Shown here: positions 58,715 through 62,712 of the stretch, piece after piece
Numbering within the stretch: the first letter of the stretch is position 1
How the letters are laid out: the number at the start of each line of letters is the position of its first letter
Sequence record: DRR723986_1430
Strand: one strand, 5' to 3'
Length of the DNA: 62,712 nucleotides
Made by a program: the position numbers and the translations under genes
Notes under the pieces: model-generated
What the model saw: the letters and a program-made list of their open reading frames with translations, nothing else
Told to the model about the DNA's origin: nothing
The model's database searches: none

Positions 58715-60253
58715 ATGGTAGCAACAATTGAAACAGTCGCCTTTGAGGGCATAGAAGCCCGCCGGGTTGAGGTGCAGGTGCTTATCGCAAGCGGCTTGCC
58801 CACTTTTACCATTGTTGGTTTGCCTGATAAGGCGGTTACCGAAGCCCGGGAGCGTGTGCGCGCCGCTTTGTCTGCGCTTGGCCTGTCGCTACCACCAAAG
58901 CGCATTACAGTTAATCTTTCGCCTGCTGATCGCCCCAAAGAAGGCAGCCATTATGACCTGCCCATCGCTGCGGCGGTTTTGGTGGCTATGGGGGTTATCG
59001 CAACAGACAGCCTTCAAGACACTGTGGTGATGGGCGAGTTGGGGCTGGATGGCACCATCCGGGCGGTGACCGGGGTTTTGCCCGCCGCCATATACGCCAA
59101 TGCTTGTGATATGGCGTTTGTTTGCCCTGCTGCCACAGGCGCTGAGGCCGCATGGGCAGGTGGCGGCACGGTTATGGCACCAGCAAATCTTTTGGCCTTG
59201 ATGAATCACCTTAAAGGGTCTCAGGTTTTAAGCCCACCTGAGGCATCCCTCGCTGAAAACGCAACCCCTCAACCTGACCTTGCCGATGTGAAGGGGCAGG
59301 AAACCGCCAAGCGTGCTTTGGAAATTGCTGCCGCCGGTGGGCACACCATGCTAATGATCGGCCCTCCCGGTTCTGGTAAGTCAATGCTGGCGGCGCGCAT
59401 GCCATCTATCTTGCCGGCCATGACGGCGCAAGAGGCGCTGGAGATCAGTATGATCGCGTCGGTTGCGGGTCATTTGTCAGAAGGCGCAATCAGTAAAATA
59501 CGGCCTGTTCGGGCGCCGCACCATTCAGCCAGCCAGCCCGCGCTCATTGGTGGTGGTGCACGTGCCAACCCCGGTGAAGTGTCTTTGGCGCATAACGGGG
59601 TGCTGTTTTTAGACGAGCTACCAGAGTTTTCCCGCGGTTGTCTTGAAGCGCTGCGCCAACCTATGGAAACAGGTGATGCTGTGATTGCCCGTGCCCAGGC
59701 TCATATAACATACCCAGCCCGTTTCCAATTGGTTGCTGCTATGAACCCCTGCAAGTGTGGCTATTTGGCGGATGATGGTCGTGCTTGTAGCCGTGCACCC
59801 CTGTGCGGTGTTGATTATCAGGCAAAAATATCTGGCCCTTTGTATGACCGGATGGATTTGTTTGTTGAAGTACCCGCCCTTAACGCAGCTGAGCTTACTG
59901 GCCCAGCAGTTGGGGAAAGCTCCGCTGTAATTTCGGAAAGAGTAGCCGCTGCTAGAGACAGGCAAAGCAACCGGCTGAATGCCTTAGGCGCCCCATCAGA
60001 TGTCAGGGTAAACGCCCACGCCAACGGCAAGCTGCTTGACAGCCTCGTTAACCTTGACGAGAAAGCACAAGCCTTGATGACGCGGGCCGCCAGCAGCTAC
60101 AAACTGTCGGCTAGAGGCTATCACCGTGTCTTGAAAGTTGCCCGCACCATTGCAGACCTGGCCGCGACGGATAAAATATCGCAAGCGCATATTGCCGAAG
60201 CTTTAAGCTACCGGCGCATAGATGTGGGTCAATCGTTACGCCGTGTTGGTTGA
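58715..60253 (+). CDS. comM: ComM/YifB Mg-chelatase-like AAA+ helicase
   Basis: IVGLPDKAVTEARERV, KEGSHYDLPIA, GPPGSGKSM, PHHSAS, FLDELPEF and AMNPCKCG. Confidence 0.94.
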   Translation: MVATIETVAFEGIEARRVEVQVLIASGLPTFTIVGLPDKAVTEARERVRAALSALGLSLPPKRITVNLSPADRPKEGSHYDLPIAAAVLVAMGVIATDSLQDTVVMGELGLDGTIRAVTGVLPAAIYANACDMAFVCPAATGAEAAWAGGGTVMAPANLLALMNHLKGSQVLSPPEASLAENATPQPDLADVKGQETAKRALEIAAAGGHTMLMIGPPGSGKSMLAARMPSILPAMTAQEALEISMIASVAGHLSEGAISKIRPVRAPHHSASQPALIGGGARANPGEVSLAHNGVLFLDELPEFSRGCLEALRQPMETGDAVIARAQAHITYPARFQLVAAMNPCKCGYLADDGRACSRAPLCGVDYQAKISGPLYDRMDLFVEVPALNAAELTGPAVGESSAVISERVAAARDRQSNRLNALGAPSDVRVNAHANGKLLDSLVNLDEKAQALMTRAASSYKLSARGYHRVLKVARTIADLAATDKISQAHIAEALSYRRIDVGQSLRRVG

Positions 60254-60331
60254 TTTACCTATTGCGCGTCTATCAATGCTACGCCGCGGCAGTATACTGG
60301 GGCGGCAGCGCATTAATAAGGTGAATACAAC

Positions 60332-61087
60332 GTGATGGAACTAATTCCCGAATCATTGTCGGCTTTTGCCTTTTGGCTTTTAGTGGCCACAAGCTTCTTC
60401 GGGTCTTTTATATCCACCGCCGCCGGCATTGGTGGAGGTGTTACCATGCTGGCGGTTATGGCGCAGGTTATGCCGCCTTTGGCGCTCATTCCGGTGCACG
60501 GCCTTGTGCAGCTTGGTTCAAACGCCAGCCGACTAACTGTCATGTTCAAACATATTGATTGGCGTTTTCTCGGTTGGTTTTTTCTTGGTGGGCTGGTTGG
60601 TGCTGCGGTGGGTGTGAAAGTGGTCACGGCCTTGCCAACGTCTGTTTTGCAATTGGTGTTGGCGCTTTTCATTCTCTATTCAATTTGGGGACCAATGCCC
60701 GGCAAAATAAAACCGTCGCGCCTCGGCCTTACTATTGGCGGCGGCGTTACGACCCTTGCCAGCATGTTTATTGGGGCTAGCGGGCCGCTTGCCATGGTGA
60801 TTGTTAAAGCGTTTGACTATGACCGTTTTGCCAAGGTTGGCACTTTTTCTGGCGTTATGGTTATTCAGCACGGCCTGAAGGCACTGGTTTTCGGCGTTAT
60901 CGGTTTTGTGTTCGCGCCTTATTTGCCGCTTGTTGCTTTCATGGTGGTCGCAGGGTTTGTAGGCACCTTGGTTGGCAAGCGGGTTTTGTTGAAGCAAAAT
61001 GAAAATAATTTCGGCAAGATTTTAAATATTATTCTAACCCTGCTGGCGCTTCGGCTGTTGTGGCAAGCAGGCGAAGGTTATTTTTGA
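60332..61087 (+). CDS. TauE/SafE (TSUP) family membrane transporter
   Basis: GIGGG, IPVHGLVQLGSN and GASGP; multiple transmembrane segments. Confidence 0.88.
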   Translation: MMELIPESLSAFAFWLLVATSFFGSFISTAAGIGGGVTMLAVMAQVMPPLALIPVHGLVQLGSNASRLTVMFKHIDWRFLGWFFLGGLVGAAVGVKVVTALPTSVLQLVLALFILYSIWGPMPGKIKPSRLGLTIGGGVTTLASMFIGASGPLAMVIVKAFDYDRFAKVGTFSGVMVIQHGLKALVFGVIGFVFAPYLPLVAFMVVAGFVGTLVGKRVLLKQNENNFGKILNIILTLLALRLLWQAGEGYF

Positions 61088-62121
61088 GCGGGCTCTATCT
61101 GGAAGCTGGTTTGTGACTTGTTCACCGCATTGCCGCCTCGTAGCAAGGTTACGGTTGCGGTCCAGGTACCACTTATAAAAACGCCGTCTGGGTGCGTAAA
61201 GTTTGCATTGGCACCAACAAGCTGCCGTTGGCGTGTTTGCGTCACGTCGTGCCTAAATCTTTTTGCGCCAACAGGGCCGTTCAGTGAAAAGCGCCAAATA
61301 TCACCTTTAAGGGTATGAAAACCGCGGGCCTGAATAAAGATGGTTGGCATATCTGCTGGCAGTGTTTCAGCCTGGGCTTGCCACAATGTTTTTCTGGTGG
61401 CTCTGCGAGTGGCAACCAGCGGCGGCATCACCACGGGGCCAACTTGACCGATAGGCATGTCCCAAAACGGCTTCTTATTGCTTTCAGTTGCCGCACCACA
61501 GTTTTTTTCGAACTGGCCACCATCAAAGGGGTCATAGAACCGGACTATGTTTTTTGTTTCGCGGTGCTGGACCATAAAGTGCAAATGCGGGTACTCGGTT
61601 AACCCTGAAAGGCCGACTTGACCAATGGCCTGCCCTGCGGCAACCGTGTCGCCTTTTTTTACCAGAAAGCTGTTTTTTTTCAGGTGGCAATATTGCGTTT
61701 GCCACCCATCGCCGTGGCCTATGATGACGACATTACCGCACCCTTGCTTCTGAATTTTGGCGCGCCGTTCTTTGGTAACAACAACATCAGGCATACCGTC
61801 TCTTATGGCTAAGACCCGCCCGGCTGCTGCCGCCCGGACACTCACGCCCCGCGCCATGGCACCAAAGTCCTGTATGACTATGTCGGTGCCATTGTGTTTG
61901 TCTTCGGTTTGGGCCTTGCATTGATAGTCGGCTTTTTTGGGTCCCGGCCCGCGGTCCATATACCGAGAGATCCAGCAACTTTCACCAAGCGCGCAATCAA
62001 CCGGCCACGTAAGTTTGGGCGGCTCAATTTCCTGGGCGGATGATGGGGCGAGAGGCACGCCAGATATAGCTGCGCATAACAATAATGTTTTTGAAATCAG
62101 GGACAGGGTGCTTTTAGAGAT
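61078..62121 (-). CDS. Secreted M23-family metallopeptidase (probable ATC start at 62121; first canonical start is TTG 62082)
   Basis: HNGTD (HxxxD), CGNVVII, YCHL and PHLHF (HxH). Confidence 0.85.
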   Translation of the reverse strand: MSKSTLSLISKTLLLCAAISGVPLAPSSAQEIEPPKLTWPVDCALGESCWISRYMDRGPGPKKADYQCKAQTEDKHNGTDIVIQDFGAMARGVSVRAAAAGRVLAIRDGMPDVVVTKERRAKIQKQGCGNVVIIGHGDGWQTQYCHLKKNSFLVKKGDTVAAGQAIGQVGLSGLTEYPHLHFMVQHRETKNIVRFYDPFDGGQFEKNCGAATESNKKPFWDMPIGQVGPVVMPPLVATRRATRKTLWQAQAETLPADMPTIFIQARGFHTLKGDIWRFSLNGPVGAKRFRHDVTQTRQRQLVGANANFTHPDGVFISGTWTATVTLLRGGNAVNKSQTSFQIEPAQK

Positions 62122-62132
62122 GGGTGTGTCTC

Positions 62133-62456
62133 CTATGAACGCGATGCCTTCTCGGCAATGCCAGAAAGGCCTTCGCGGTTTGCCAGCTCTTGGGCTACAT
62201 CCTCAAGCGACAGGCCTTCTGCCTCCAGAAGCACCATCAGGTGAAAAACCAGATCAGCGGATTCTTTAATCAGCTCGCCTTTGTCGCCCGCTGCAACGGC
62301 CATCGCGGTTTCAATCGCTTCTTCGCCTACCTTTTGGGCAATTTTATGACTGCCTTTCGCATATAGGCTTGCCACATAGCTTGAGGCTGGGTCTGCATCC
62401 TTGCGGGCTCGTAAGGTTTCTTCGAGCTTTGCTAGAATATCCGCTGTTTGGCTCAT
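62133..62456 (-). CDS. hisE: Phosphoribosyl-ATP diphosphatase
   Basis: SYVASL, KVGEEAIE and ESADLVFHL. Confidence 0.95.
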   Translation of the reverse strand: MSQTADILAKLEETLRARKDADPASSYVASLYAKGSHKIAQKVGEEAIETAMAVAAGDKGELIKESADLVFHLMVLLEAEGLSLEDVAQELANREGLSGIAEKASRS

Positions 62457-62712
62457 CAAACTGTCTCCCGCATGGCTACACCCGCACGGCGCATGTGCGC
62501 CTTGGCTTCAGCAATGGTATACTCTCCGAAGTGAAAAATCGAGGCCGCAAGAACCGCAGAAGCGTGGCCGTCCCTCACGCCTTCAACCAAATGATCAAGA
62601 GTGCCTACGCCGCCAGAGGCAATAACCGGTACGGATATGCTGTCGGCTATTTTTCGGGTTAACTCTATGTCAAAGCCGATGCGCGTGCCGTCGCGGTCCA
62701 TGCTGGTGAGCA
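62456..62712 (-). CDS. hisF: Imidazole glycerol phosphate synthase cyclase subunit (5' end outside the window)
   Basis: [18 protein letters not shown] and [10 protein letters not shown]. Confidence 0.95.
   Translation of the reverse strand, partial: LTSMDRDGTRIGFDIELTRKIADSISVPVIASGGVGTLDHLVEGVRDGHASAVLAASIFHFGEYTIAEAKAHMRRAGVAMRETV

Noticed and set aside
1..62712. tRNA, rRNA, insertion sequences, integrases or prophage
   Set aside because: None recognised. Intergenic gaps are short, and no transposase, recombinase or phage motifs appear in the ORFs.

Overview
This window is the replication-origin region of an alphaproteobacterial chromosome (roughly 48-50% GC by eye; a marine Kordiimonadales/Sphingomonadales-like organism is my inference from gene order and protein style). 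Most of it is housekeeping: hrcA-rph-rdgB-hemW, rsmI-yraN-gshB, parBA-rsmG-mnmGE, rho-hemJ-hemE, oriC at about 19.07-19.48 kb, DUF299-maf-aroE-coaE-dnaQ, dnaKJ, dapB, ftsK-lolA, xth-cenR-ribA, leuS-lptE-holA, secB-fxsA-Tim44-mltA-smr, comM and hisEF. Three parS sites, several DnaA boxes, a LexA box, a CtrA-type box, RpoH-type promoters and two TetR-type operators can be read directly from the sequence. Four small accessory modules sit at junctions between conserved blocks: (1) ogt plus a secreted beta-propeller/TraB-TIKI-like fusion; (2) an off-locus signal peptidase I plus a sulfotransferase behind a CtrA-type box; (3) a serine hydrolase, TetR, beta-helix protein and diheme cytochrome c between dnaJ and dapB; (4) a TetR/CPBP pair. 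Other oddities are a +1 frameshift in a G9 run of yraN, a probable ATC start codon for an M23 peptidase, and a 4x12-bp tandem repeat. I found no rRNA, tRNA, CRISPR array, transposase, integrase or prophage. No database search was run, so family calls rest on motif recognition.
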